DNA of 64,000 bases from positions 58,723 through 122,722 of the forward strand of contig CAZFOB010000002.1 of NCBI GenBank assembly GCA_964520325.1. The letters run 5' to 3'. Both the position numbers and the translations under genes were made by a program. Shown here in pieces: positions 47,795 through 57,996 of the stretch. Position 1 is the first letter of the stretch. Each line of letters opens with the position of its first letter. The notes beneath the pieces are model-generated. The model was not told the origin of the DNA. It worked only from the letters and a program-made list of their open reading frames with translations, and did not search any database. Source of the stretch: an uncultured Actinomycetes bacterium. Lineage in GTDB: Bacteria; Actinomycetota; JAICYB01.

Positions 47795-48124
47795 ATGAGC
47801 GCGAACACCGATCTTCCCGTGCTCTTTGCCGTCGAGACCAGCTGCTCTCATGATGAGGCCGTGCTCATCTTGCACGGTGAGCTCGATCTCTCGACGCAGC
47901 CGGAGCTCGTGTCGGCGCTCGCCGATATCGAAGGCAAGTTCGCGTGTGTCGTTCTCGATCTCGCCGATCTGACCTTCATCGACGCCGGCAATATCGGCGT
48001 GATCCACCGGGCTTGTCGTGTCGCGAGGATGCGGGGATCGGAGGTCGTCTTGCGTTCGCCGAATCTCCATCTGCTCCGGATCCTGGAACTAACGGGCCTC
48101 GGTCCGGCCGTTTCAACGGTGTAG
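47795..48124 (+). CDS. STAS-domain anti-sigma-factor antagonist
   Basis: LHGELDL, VLDLADLTFIDAG and RILELTGL. Confidence 0.85.
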   Translation: MSANTDLPVLFAVETSCSHDEAVLILHGELDLSTQPELVSALADIEGKFACVVLDLADLTFIDAGNIGVIHRACRVARMRGSEVVLRSPNLHLLRILELTGLGPAVSTV

Positions 48125-48137
48125 GACCGGAACCTCT

Positions 48138-49421
48138 TTAGCGGAGCTCGCGCACGGCGGGCTGCGTCGCGAGCGCGACCACACCGGTCGCCGCGATGAA
48201 CGCTCCGCAGGCGGCGATCCACGTCGCAGCACTGAAGGCTTCGGCTCCCGCCCCGGCGATCAACGCTCCGATCGGGCCGATGCCGGCGAAAGCGATCGTC
48301 GAGACGCTCATCACGCGCCCCATCAGCTCGTGCGGTGTGCGCGTCTGGATCAACGTCTGGTTGAGATTGATGAACAGCCCACCGCCCATCCCCCAGAAGA
48401 ACAAGACCACGATCGTGAGCGCGTACGACCTCGACAGACCGATCGCCGCGAACCCGACGCCACCAACGATGTAGTTGATCGTGAAGATCAGCCCCTTGCG
48501 ACGCAGGTCTGTCGTCGACGCGAGGATGAGCGACGTCACGAGCATGCCCGTGCCGAGCGCGGCGAATAGGACTCCCGTGCCGAGCGCTCCGCGTCCAAGG
48601 GTGTCACGCGCGATGATCGGGAGCAGAGCTTGGAACGGGCCGATCATCAGTAACCCGAACACCATCAGTAACAAGACCAGCACTCTGATCCCGCGATCGT
48701 GGACGACGAAAGCGATCCCCTCACCGATCTCACGCCTCATGTGGCGCTCCGCTCGTTTGACGACGGCCGGCAGTCGAAGGCCGGCCAGCGGAACCAGGGC
48801 GATCGCGTAGATCGCGGTTTGCACCGCGTACGAGGTACCGATCCCCCACCAGGCGATCATCGCCCCGCCCAGGGCCGGACCGATCATGAATGAGGTGTTC
48901 ATCGCGAGTGTCGTGAGTGCGATCGCGTTCTGCAGCCGGTGGATGGGGACGATGGAGGGGACGATCGCCTGTCGCACCGGTTGGCCGTAAGCCGTCGTAG
49001 CACCCATCGCCGCTGCAAGAACGTACGTGCTGCCGATCGTGATCCGCTCCGTCAGGATGAGGACTGCCGTTGCGGCGCTGATCGTAAGAGCGCCGAACTG
49101 GCTCCAGGCGAGAAGCTTCCGTCTGTCCATGCGGTCGGACAGCACTCCGGCGGGAAGCGAGAGGAACAGGATCGGGATACCCATGGCAAACGCGACGATG
49201 CCGGCTTCGCGCACTTGACCCCCGAGCTCGAGGACCAGCCACACGTAGGCGAAACGTTGCGTCGACTGGATGAGCATGAACGCAACGGTGTTCAGCCAGA
49301 GCGCGCGGAACGAGTGCTCCGAGAGGATCGAGAACGGGTGGCGCGGGCGAACCAGCTCTGCGGGGCCGACTCGAGAACCCTCCCCGTCGCGCTCATCGTC
49401 GACACCTACGAGATCCGCCAT
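48138..49421 (-). CDS. MFS transporter
   Basis: GVLSDRMDRRKL motif; about 12 TM segments; MGRVMS. Confidence 0.9.
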   Translation of the reverse strand: MADLVGVDDERDGEGSRVGPAELVRPRHPFSILSEHSFRALWLNTVAFMLIQSTQRFAYVWLVLELGGQVREAGIVAFAMGIPILFLSLPAGVLSDRMDRRKLLAWSQFGALTISAATAVLILTERITIGSTYVLAAAMGATTAYGQPVRQAIVPSIVPIHRLQNAIALTTLAMNTSFMIGPALGGAMIAWWGIGTSYAVQTAIYAIALVPLAGLRLPAVVKRAERHMRREIGEGIAFVVHDRGIRVLVLLLMVFGLLMIGPFQALLPIIARDTLGRGALGTGVLFAALGTGMLVTSLILASTTDLRRKGLIFTINYIVGGVGFAAIGLSRSYALTIVVLFFWGMGGGLFINLNQTLIQTRTPHELMGRVMSVSTIAFAGIGPIGALIAGAGAEAFSAATWIAACGAFIAATGVVALATQPAVRELR

Positions 49422-49449
49422 CCTCCGACCGTACACCGACGAGAGGTTG

Positions 49450-50865
49450 TCAGGTCGCGCGACGGAGAACAGTAGAAACGCGGAGGAGCAGCGTGACGCC
49501 CGATACCGCCGTCAGGGCCATGAGTGCCACAAGTGGGTAGCCCCACGCTGACAGCGCTGCGACGATCAGCAGCCGGCCGTCGCGGCCCCCGAGCAGCCAA
49601 CCAAGCGCTCGCTCAGGCGCCGGGAACAGTCCCAAAGCCGTGATGCGATCCTTGGACGCCATCGAAAGGATCGCCGTGGCCGTCGCGGCGCCGACGAGCA
49701 GGACGGCAGTCGTCGGAACGACGCCGTCCCGCAACGCCCAGATCCCGAGCGCCGCGATCACCGCCGCGTCAACGACTCGATCAAGGACACCGTCGAGCAG
49801 AGCGCCGCGAGCACTCGCCCTCAGCCGCAGGCGTGCCACCTCGCCGTCAACGCCGTCGAGCACGGAGGACCCGTGCACGGCCAGTGCTCCGGCAACGCCG
49901 GAGCCGCGCGCGAGCAACCATGCACCGATCGATCCGAGCGCAGCACTGAACAGAGACAGGACGTCCGCGGAGATTCCGAGGGAGGCGGCCAGCATCGACA
50001 GCCGCGTTGAGAGCGGCCGATTCAGGTATCGAGAGACCGGACCGTCGCCGGCTTTGACGAGCGAGCGACGCAGCCGACGTTTGGCCACCCGCATATCGTC
50101 CGGCGTGTCGATGTCCTGCCACCACCCCTTGCGCGGCAGCGGAACAGCACGCAGGGGACGCTTGCGCGCGAGACGCGTGATCGCGGAGGCCAGCAAGTGC
50201 TCGCCTTCAAGCGCCGCTTCGCGTTGAGCTGCGAACACGTCCCGAGGGAGGAGGAACGCGCCGCAATCCACGGGCGGCTCCTCGATCTCCTTGCTGAACG
50301 CATACGCGGCCCCTCTCCGGATTCGCACGCGCGTGCCCTCGGCCCACACCGCGTCTTTCGGTGAGCCGTCGACGAGAACCGCGGGCGCGCCCGTACGGAC
50401 GAGCTGCTCGATAGTCCCATCCCCGAAGAGATGATCCATCGTGACCAGTACGAAGAGATCGTCGTCTACGTCGAGGAGTCGTTCGGCTGCTGCAAGCGAC
50501 GAGCCATTTCCTTGCGCCCAGTCGCGCGCGTACACGGCCCGGACGCGGCCGGGCGCCAGTCGCTTCACGACTGCGGCGACCGGGCCGGCCTGGTATCCGA
50601 CAACGACGACAACTTTCTCGATGCCGGCCCGCAACAGCCCGCGAACAGCGCGCTCAACGAGAGGGACGCCGCCAACGCGAAGGAGCGCCTTCGACCCGCC
50701 ACCGGTGAGTTTGCCCAAACGCTGGGAGCTTCCGGCGGCCAGCACGATCCCGAGCCGCGGTAACGGAGTGATCGGGGTGGCGGACCGGGGCGTGCGCTGA
50801 GAGGACGATCGACCGCGAATAGGCTCTTGCATCACGACATGACTATCAGACTCCGAACCGATCAC
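49450..50865 (-). CDS. Bifunctional NTP-transferase / CDP-alcohol phosphotransferase (IPCT/DIPPS-like)
   Basis: IVLAAG..R..KALL and WQDIDT; C-terminal DGVDGEVAR...GALLDGVLD. Confidence 0.82.
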   Translation of the reverse strand: MIGSESDSHVVMQEPIRGRSSSQRTPRSATPITPLPRLGIVLAAGSSQRLGKLTGGGSKALLRVGGVPLVERAVRGLLRAGIEKVVVVVGYQAGPVAAVVKRLAPGRVRAVYARDWAQGNGSSLAAAERLLDVDDDLFVLVTMDHLFGDGTIEQLVRTGAPAVLVDGSPKDAVWAEGTRVRIRRGAAYAFSKEIEEPPVDCGAFLLPRDVFAAQREAALEGEHLLASAITRLARKRPLRAVPLPRKGWWQDIDTPDDMRVAKRRLRRSLVKAGDGPVSRYLNRPLSTRLSMLAASLGISADVLSLFSAALGSIGAWLLARGSGVAGALAVHGSSVLDGVDGEVARLRLRASARGALLDGVLDRVVDAAVIAALGIWALRDGVVPTTAVLLVGAATATAILSMASKDRITALGLFPAPERALGWLLGGRDGRLLIVAALSAWGYPLVALMALTAVSGVTLLLRVSTVLRRAT

Positions 50866-52151
50866 GGATAGCGGCCGCGCGCCCTCAGCGCTTTCGCGAC
50901 ACGCTCGATCGCCAGAGAGAGCGCTTCGAGCCGCAGGTGCCAGCCGTCGGATGCGGCCCAGACCTCCTCGACGGCTCGCATCATCGTGCGTTCCAGCCGG
51001 TCATTCACCTCGGCCTCCGTCCAGGCGTAACCCTCGCGATGCTGTACCCACTCGAGGTGAGAGACGACGACTCCGCCGGCGTTGGCGAGGACGTCGGGCA
51101 CCACGCGGATGCCGCGGTCGGCAAGGACCTCATCGGCCTTTGGAGTGATCGGCCCGTTCGCCGCTTCGACGATGAGCCACGGGCTCACGCGCTCCGCATT
51201 GCGGACGTCGATGACGCGCTCGACGGATGCTGGGATCAATACGTCGCACGGCGCTTCGAGAACTTCGGCTGCGGTGACCGATTCGGTCCCCGGACATCCC
51301 GCCACAGTGCCTTGCTTCGATGCATGGGGAACGAGGACCTCAGGATCGACGCCGCTCTCGCAGTACGCGCCGCCATTCGCATCGCCGACCGCGATCACGC
51401 GCATGCCCAGCGCGATCAGCATCGGGACGAGGTTGCTCCCGACGTTGCCGTAGCCGTGCACCGCCACGGTCAGCCCCAACGGGTCTCGGCCGAGGCGTCG
51501 CAGCACGTCGCGCAACACCATCGTCACACCGGCGGCGGTGGCCGAGGCTCGTCCAAGCGACCCGCCGAGCGCAGTCGGTTTTCCCGTCACTGCCCCGAGC
51601 GCGGCGTGACCGGCGCGCACGGAGTAGGCGTCGGCGAACCATCCCATGACGCGATCGTCGGTACCGACATCGGGTGCCGGTATGTCGATGTCGGGACCGA
51701 TCACGTCCGCGATCGCGAAGGCGAACTCTCGGGTGACGCGTTCAAGCTCTCGGATGGACAGCTCCTCGGGGTCGCACACCACACCGCCCTTCGCACCACC
51801 GAACGGCAGATCCACCACTGCGCACTTCCACGTCATCTCCATCGCCAGCGCGCGCAGATCGTCGACGGTCATCCGCGGGTGGTAGCGCAGCCCCCCCTTG
51901 CCCGGCCCGCGAGCAACGCTGTGCTGAACGCGGAAGCCGTTGAAGACGCCGATCGATCCGGAGTCCATCCGAACGGGGAACGAGACCTCCACCACCCTGT
52001 GCGGGCGCGCAACGATCTGGTAGAGGGCCGGATCCATCTGCGTGGCTTCCGCTACAGCGTCGAGCTGCGCGAGTGATTGCTGCCACAGGGTCGTCTCCGA
52101 AACAGCGTCCGGCTCGGTGATCCTCTGGATCGGCTTCTTCCCTGCGGTCAT
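50862..52151 (-). CDS. Glu/Leu/Phe/Val dehydrogenase
   Basis: GPGKGGLRY, GGAKGG, PAPDVGT, GYGNVG, EAANGP and NAGGV motifs. Confidence 0.92.
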   Translation of the reverse strand: MTAGKKPIQRITEPDAVSETTLWQQSLAQLDAVAEATQMDPALYQIVARPHRVVEVSFPVRMDSGSIGVFNGFRVQHSVARGPGKGGLRYHPRMTVDDLRALAMEMTWKCAVVDLPFGGAKGGVVCDPEELSIRELERVTREFAFAIADVIGPDIDIPAPDVGTDDRVMGWFADAYSVRAGHAALGAVTGKPTALGGSLGRASATAAGVTMVLRDVLRRLGRDPLGLTVAVHGYGNVGSNLVPMLIALGMRVIAVGDANGGAYCESGVDPEVLVPHASKQGTVAGCPGTESVTAAEVLEAPCDVLIPASVERVIDVRNAERVSPWLIVEAANGPITPKADEVLADRGIRVVPDVLANAGGVVVSHLEWVQHREGYAWTEAEVNDRLERTMMRAVEEVWAASDGWHLRLEALSLAIERVAKALRARGRYP

Positions 52152-52352
52152 GGGTCGGCTCAACCATAGATGGGAGACCGTTCGCGGCGGGGACAGCCGG
52201 AGGCAGGTCATATCGAACCTCCCGCAGGCCCAGCTACCTTCTGCGCACAGACGTCGAGGGTTCAACGCAGCTTTGAGAGCGGGATCGCGACGGCTTTGAC
52301 TGGGTCAAGACCCCCTGTTAGCGTCGGTCTTGAGCGCATCCCGCGCATCCCT

Positions 52353-53399
52353 ATGGCGTCGAAACCCGTGAACAAACGCGTACTCGTCTCGGCGCTTCTG
52401 TGCGCCCTCGCTCTTGTCTGCATCCCGACTCGGACGTCGGCTCAAAGCACAAGCTCGCAGCTCCAAGAGGCTCGTCGTCGCGCCCAGAGCGTGAAGAGCA
52501 ATTACCAGCGCATCGCGGAGGCGTATGCCGAAGGCGAAACTCAGCTGGGGGTGACTCGCGAACGCCTCGACCGGTCGCGCTCCGATATCGGGCGCACTCG
52601 GGACGAGATGAGTGATCTGCAAGGAGCACTGAAGGGTCGCGTCCGCGCGATGTACCGGATGCGTGGCATCGGGTTCTTCCAGATGCTGCTCGCCGCCGAC
52701 TCGTTCAGAGATCTCAACGTCCGGCTTACGACCTTGCAACGACAGTCACTGGCGGATGAAGACATCATCCTTCAGCTACGGCGCAAACGCGCTGAGCTCG
52801 AGCTCAAGGAGCGCACACTCGCGCAGCAAGAAGGCGTGCGCACCGCGCAGCAGAAAGACCTTCAGGCGCAAGGTCGTCGTTTGACGATCAGCTTGCAACA
52901 AGCGAGCGAGTTGGTGAATCAGTTGCGCGGGCGCTTAGCGCGGGAAGAGATCGCGCGGTTGTTCCAAGTCTCAACGGGGGCAGGTGGAGGTGGCAGGGTC
53001 GTGCCGCTCAGTTCGTGCGCGGTCGATCCGCCCAACGTGGTGACGAACAGCTGGGGCGCACCCCGCGGCGGAGGCTCGAGAAGGCACCAGGGCAACGACA
53101 TCATGGCTCCCTTCGGGACCCCGGTCCGTGCCGTCAACGGAGGGACGATCAGCAGAACCGGAAGCGGTGGTCTCGGCGGTCTATCCATCTACCTCTGGGA
53201 CGGGTCTACGGAGTACTACTACGCACACCTCCAGAGGATCGATGTCCGCTCGGGACAAAAGGTCGCCGCGGGTGCGCTCGTCGGAACGAACGGGGATACG
53301 GGAAACGCGGAGGGGGGACCGCCGCACGTCCACTTCGAGATCCATCCCGGCGGAGGTGGCGCGATCGACCCGTACCCGTCTCTCAGCCGCGTCTGTTAG
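52353..53399 (+). CDS. Secreted coiled-coil M23 peptidase
   Basis: Signal peptide, coiled coil, HQGND, YAHL and PHVHFE. Confidence 0.9.
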   Translation: MASKPVNKRVLVSALLCALALVCIPTRTSAQSTSSQLQEARRRAQSVKSNYQRIAEAYAEGETQLGVTRERLDRSRSDIGRTRDEMSDLQGALKGRVRAMYRMRGIGFFQMLLAADSFRDLNVRLTTLQRQSLADEDIILQLRRKRAELELKERTLAQQEGVRTAQQKDLQAQGRRLTISLQQASELVNQLRGRLAREEIARLFQVSTGAGGGGRVVPLSSCAVDPPNVVTNSWGAPRGGGSRRHQGNDIMAPFGTPVRAVNGGTISRTGSGGLGGLSIYLWDGSTEYYYAHLQRIDVRSGQKVAAGALVGTNGDTGNAEGGPPHVHFEIHPGGGGAIDPYPSLSRVC

Positions 53400-53461
53400 A
53401 CCGCGTCACCTCTCCGTGGTCACACCGGCTCCGCCGGCCCCGAAGCAGAGCTCGATGACGC

Positions 53462-54331
53462 TCAGCCGACGGGCATCGGGAAGATCGAGGGCCGCGCCGC
53501 CGCGGAGGTGATCGCGTCCTCGCGAGCAGATCCGTCGAGCGGAGTGAAACGCTCCGCTGCGTGAAGCGATAGATCGAGCGTTGCAACGTCGCCCGGAGTA
53601 CAGAACGCGTGGACTCCGGGGATCGAGAGCGTGAAGGCCACTCCCCCGTCGATGTCAACGGCATCGTCGAACGGTTCGTACCAGGTTGTGGCGGATCGCT
53701 CGCCGGCGTCCCATGGACCTTTCGCGACAGCCTTGATCGCCATCACACCGACGTCGCGTGCCGCGCAGAGCTCGAGGAGCTCTTCGGCGTCGGCACGATA
53801 CGTCGCATCAGCCCACATCCGAGCGTTCACCGGGAACATCACCGTGTCGAGATCCCACCGCCTCAGCGCCTCGATGAAGGCTCGGGGCGCGCCGAGATCA
53901 TGTCCGGTGATGCCCGCGAAGGAGACGATGCCTTCATCGCGTGCTTTGAGGATCTCGTCTGCGGCGGAGGCGCGTTCCTCGAGGACATCGAGGCCGGTCA
54001 CGCCGTGCATCTGGTAGAGGTCGAATCGATCGGTATGAAGCTTCTGGAGCGATTCGTCGAGCTGCGCGCGCACACCATCGGCGTTGCGTCGCGTGGTCTT
54101 GCACGCAAGGAAGAACCTGTCTCGAACAGGCTCGAGGACCGGGCCGAGCAGGTCCTCGGCGGCACCGTAGCGCGGAGCAACGTCGATGTGGTTCACGCCG
54201 TGCTCGAGGGCAACAGCGAAGGCCCGCTTGGTCTCCTCTGGGTCGGAGCGCGCGAACGCTGCACCGCCGAGGATCGCCACCGTCGAATGATGTTCGGTGC
54301 GGCCCAAGCGTCTCGTTTCCATCGGCGACAT
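53462..54331 (-). CDS. Aldo/keto reductase
   Basis: IDVAPRYG, ACKT and SLQKLHTDRFDLYQMH. Confidence 0.9.
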   Translation of the reverse strand: MSPMETRRLGRTEHHSTVAILGGAAFARSDPEETKRAFAVALEHGVNHIDVAPRYGAAEDLLGPVLEPVRDRFFLACKTTRRNADGVRAQLDESLQKLHTDRFDLYQMHGVTGLDVLEERASAADEILKARDEGIVSFAGITGHDLGAPRAFIEALRRWDLDTVMFPVNARMWADATYRADAEELLELCAARDVGVMAIKAVAKGPWDAGERSATTWYEPFDDAVDIDGGVAFTLSIPGVHAFCTPGDVATLDLSLHAAERFTPLDGSAREDAITSAAARPSIFPMPVG

Positions 54332-54343
54332 CCTACGCCCGCC

Positions 54344-55024
54344 TCAGGCAGGGGGACCGATCGCAGCGACAGCGTGGTCGCTGCCCTTGACCACGAGGAC
54401 GTCGGCGTGAGCCCGGCACGGACCGATGTGCTCGAGGAGGTTGACGCCGTTGATGCCGTCCCACGTGGCTTCCGCGATGCTGCGCACCGAATCGGCGTCC
54501 ATGTCGACGAACATCCGGTAGAAAGATGACTCATCAGTGCGGGCGGCGTCCGTGAAGCGGAGGAAGCGATCGATGAACCAGCCGCGCACAACGTCCTCGG
54601 GCGCCTCGACGTATATCCCGAAGTCGAGGTGCGGGCGCGCGTAGTGCTGGAGAGCCACGACACCCTCGAGGATGTAGAAGTCCGCGCGCTCGATCGTCAC
54701 GCTATCTCCGGGAACGATGTCGTAGACGGCATGGGAGTACACCGGCAACGCGACCTGCTCTCCGTGCTTCATCGCGTGCATCGCGGCCGCCATCGCATCG
54801 GCGTCGTACGTCTCCGGGAACCCCTTGCGCATGAGCAGGTCGCGCTGTGCGAGAACCTGGTTGGACAACAGGAACGCGTCCGTCGACACGACCGTCGCTC
54901 CGAGTTTGTCGGCCAGCTCGATCGCGATCGTCGTCTTTCCAACCGCGACGGCTCCCGCCACACCGACGATCGCCGGACGCGAAAGCTGCACGATCCGGTC
55001 GGCAAGCTCGCTGAGCGGCTTCAC
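54344..55024 (-). CDS. coaA: Type I pantothenate kinase, N-terminally short
   Basis: GAVAVGKTT, TDAFL, RKGFPETYD, PVYSHAVYDI and WFIDRF. Confidence 0.8.
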   Translation of the reverse strand: MKPLSELADRIVQLSRPAIVGVAGAVAVGKTTIAIELADKLGATVVSTDAFLLSNQVLAQRDLLMRKGFPETYDADAMAAAMHAMKHGEQVALPVYSHAVYDIVPGDSVTIERADFYILEGVVALQHYARPHLDFGIYVEAPEDVVRGWFIDRFLRFTDAARTDESSFYRMFVDMDADSVRSIAEATWDGINGVNLLEHIGPCRAHADVLVVKGSDHAVAAIGPPA

Positions 55025-56493
55025 GCCGTGAAGACCTTGACGGCGTCACGGAGCCGCACCGGCGTGACCTTCGGCTGTCTCGCGATGCAGATCGACTTGC
55101 CGTACTCGTAATTGTCGACGCCTTCCTCGTTGGTGACCTTGGCTACGCATTCGACGTCGCCGTAGAGACGTCGGAGGAACTCCTCTTCGAACCCGATGGC
55201 GATCGCGACGTGATCGGTGTCGATATCGGGCCACCAGAGGAAAGAGCTGTTCTGGCCGCTCACGGAGGGAGGGAGGTCGAACTCCTCGGCGTAGTACTCG
55301 ATCGCGGATGAGAGCGCGTAGTTCCGTCCGAGAACGATCGCTCGGTCGCGCTCATCGGCATCGAGCGAACGAGCGACTCGCGCAGTTGTCGCCGCAAGGT
55401 CGTCCCATCCGATCCGCTCGCCCAGTTCGGTCGCGTCGGCGAGGTCGGGATTGTCTCGGAGCAGCGACATCGGGACGATCGGCAGCACGAGGACGAGCGG
55501 GATCAAGAGATTGACGATGAGAGCGGCTACGAGCAGACGGCGACGGCGCCGCGACCAGGCGCTCGCGGCTACGGCGCCCGCGCACAGGATGACCGCGATC
55601 GCGGGCGCCGCGTAGTAGCCCTTGCCGGACGCGACGAAGAACGTGAGCAGCGACGTGGCGATCGCGATGCCGATCGGGCGGAACCGATCTTCGCGGAGCA
55701 GAAGAAGCATCCCGGGAACCAAGACGAACAGCCCGAACGGTCCGGGAAGGATCACGAGCGACGCGACGTACCCAAGGCGCCCTCGCAGACCGAGGACCGC
55801 TCCCCCACCTCCTTGGTTCGATACGAACTCGAGGACGGGGAGGCCGTTGGTGAGCTGCCACACCACGCTTGGGGCAACGACCAAGACCGCGATGCCGACC
55901 CCCGCCCACAGCCAGAGGGAGCCGAGGTACTTGCGCAACGGCGTGAGGAGGACCGCGACGCCGAGCCCGAAGAGGTATCCGACGAACGTGAACTTCACGA
56001 GCAGAGCGAGTCCCGATGCGGCGCCCACCGCCACCCATAGGCGAGCGTCCGCGGTGCGGATCAGGCGAACCAGGAACAGGATCACCAGCATGAACGCCGG
56101 CGTTTCGAGAGACACCGTGTTCACGGCGGTGTCCATGCCCACGAAGAGAGGAACGATGAGGAGAAAGAACGCTCCGAAGACCTGAGCGCGCCGATCCCCG
56201 GCAAGCTCGCGAGTGATCAGCGCACCGAGCACGATCGCCGCCGCCCCCGCAAGAGCCGGGATCAGGCGCAGTCCGATCAGCGATCCACCGAACGCAAGAC
56301 GCGCTACGCGCACCAACAACGGCGTCACAGGCTGGAAGTCGACGTACGACGCCGCCAGCCGCTTCGACGCCGAGATGAAGTAGAGCTCGTCGCGATGGAA
56401 GGAGAGACGCGTCGTACCCAAGTGGAGCACGACCTTCGCGACGGCCAACACCCAGACCGTCATGGGAAGCCGTGTCCGCACCGGATCCGCCAT
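55021..56493 (-). CDS. GT39/ArnT-like membrane glycosyltransferase
   Basis: FHRDELYF and YVDFQP motifs; many TM segments. Confidence 0.85.
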   Translation of the reverse strand: MADPVRTRLPMTVWVLAVAKVVLHLGTTRLSFHRDELYFISASKRLAASYVDFQPVTPLLVRVARLAFGGSLIGLRLIPALAGAAAIVLGALITRELAGDRRAQVFGAFFLLIVPLFVGMDTAVNTVSLETPAFMLVILFLVRLIRTADARLWVAVGAASGLALLVKFTFVGYLFGLGVAVLLTPLRKYLGSLWLWAGVGIAVLVVAPSVVWQLTNGLPVLEFVSNQGGGGAVLGLRGRLGYVASLVILPGPFGLFVLVPGMLLLLREDRFRPIGIAIATSLLTFFVASGKGYYAAPAIAVILCAGAVAASAWSRRRRRLLVAALIVNLLIPLVLVLPIVPMSLLRDNPDLADATELGERIGWDDLAATTARVARSLDADERDRAIVLGRNYALSSAIEYYAEEFDLPPSVSGQNSSFLWWPDIDTDHVAIAIGFEEEFLRRLYGDVECVAKVTNEEGVDNYEYGKSICIARQPKVTPVRLRDAVKVFTA

Positions 56494-56512
56494 CCGTGCA
56501 TCATGACGTGAC

Positions 56513-57211
56513 ATGACCGCGCTCGACCCGTCCGTCCTCGAAGAGCTGCGGGCCTTCAGTTCGCCGTCGATCGCCAACGGCATCGAGACTTTCGACGTCC
56601 GGCCCAGGAACGAGGGCTACATGGACGGGTCCGTGCATTGCATGTTTCCCGAGCTCGGCGTGCTCCTCGGATACGCAGCCACCGCAACCATCCGCGCCGC
56701 AACCCCAGGTGAATCGGCCAATCGTGAGCTGTGGGCCCATCTCGCCTCGTTGCCGGAGCCGAGGATCGTCGTGATCGAGGACCTCGACGCACCAAAGGGG
56801 GTCGGGTCGTTCTGGGGTGAGGTGAACGCAAACATCCACCAAGCCTTCGGCGCGCTCGGTGTGATCACCGACGGGTGCGTGCGCGATCTCGACGAGATGC
56901 GCGGGCTGGGGTTCCACGCGTTCGCCGGCAGCGTCGGCGTCTCCCACGGATACGTCCATGTGGTGGACGTCGGCGTGGCGGTGACGGTCGGAGGGCTCGT
57001 CGTGCAGCCCGGTGATCTCCTTCTTGGCGACGAGCACGGCGTTATCTCGATCCCGCCGGACATCGCGGCGGCCCTGCCCGAAGCGATCAGGAAGATCGCG
57101 GACGGCGAGTTGGGCGTCATCGCATTGTTCCGCGGTCAGGACTTCCGTCCGGAGAACTTCCTTCCGGAAACCTTCCTTCCGGAACGTCCGGGGGGCGACG
57201 TGCGTCACTAA
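56513..57211 (+). CDS. RraA/HMG-aldolase family protein
   Basis: SFWGEVN, ITDGCVRD and PGDLLLGDEHGV. Confidence 0.88.
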   Translation: MTALDPSVLEELRAFSSPSIANGIETFDVRPRNEGYMDGSVHCMFPELGVLLGYAATATIRAATPGESANRELWAHLASLPEPRIVVIEDLDAPKGVGSFWGEVNANIHQAFGALGVITDGCVRDLDEMRGLGFHAFAGSVGVSHGYVHVVDVGVAVTVGGLVVQPGDLLLGDEHGVISIPPDIAAALPEAIRKIADGELGVIALFRGQDFRPENFLPETFLPERPGGDVRH

Positions 57212-57217
57212 GTCGCG

Positions 57218-57994
57218 TCAGCGACTCTTCCAGCGAGGCTCCCGCTTCTCCGCGCGCGCGACTCCACCTTCGCGGGCGTCCTCAGAAGCCCCGACCTGGC
57301 GGCGCATGGTCTCCCCCATGCGCACGGCCTCTGACCACGCCATGTACCGGGATCGGTGCGCCATCTCCTTGGTCGCACGGATCGCCAGCGGAGCGCCCCT
57401 GCACAAGCGCGAAGCGAGCTGACGCGCTTCGTCCATCAGCTCGTCGTGGGCGACGACCTTCCAGACCAGCCCGATCTCCTTCGCGCGTTCGGCATCGATG
57501 GCGTCGCCGGTGAGAAGGAGCTCCAACGCGTTGCTCCAACCGACCTTCGGCGGCAGGCGCAACGCGCCGACGATCGTCGGGACGCCAAGCCTTACTTCGG
57601 GGTAGGAAAAGGTCGCTCGGTCGGAGCCGATCACGAAGTCGCACGCGAGAACGGCGGTCAGTCCATATCCGACGCACGGGCCGTTGACGGCGGCGATCGT
57701 CGGCTTCCAGACCTCGAGTCCACTCTCGAATGAATTGATGGTGGGGATCTCCCAGAAGCTGCCGGGCCACGTTCCCACCGCGCCGGCCGGATCGCGCAGG
57801 TCGACGCCGGCGGAGAACGCGCGTCCGGCACCGGTGAGGATCGCCACCCACGCTTGCGTGTCGTCAAGGAAGCGCTGCCACGCCGCATTGAGGCCCCGGC
57901 GCATGTCCGCGTTGATGGCGTTCAGGACGTCGGGACGGTTGTAGGTGATCGTCGCCACGTGGTCCGTGAGCTCGTAGAGCACTTCGTCGGACAC
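57218..57994 (-). CDS. Enoyl-CoA hydratase/isomerase family protein
   Basis: NRPDVLNA, FSAGVDL, KPTIAAVNG and YPEVRLG. Confidence 0.92.
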   Translation of the reverse strand: MSDEVLYELTDHVATITYNRPDVLNAINADMRRGLNAAWQRFLDDTQAWVAILTGAGRAFSAGVDLRDPAGAVGTWPGSFWEIPTINSFESGLEVWKPTIAAVNGPCVGYGLTAVLACDFVIGSDRATFSYPEVRLGVPTIVGALRLPPKVGWSNALELLLTGDAIDAERAKEIGLVWKVVAHDELMDEARQLASRLCRGAPLAIRATKEMAHRSRYMAWSEAVRMGETMRRQVGASEDAREGGVARAEKREPRWKSR

Positions 57995-57996
57995 GC

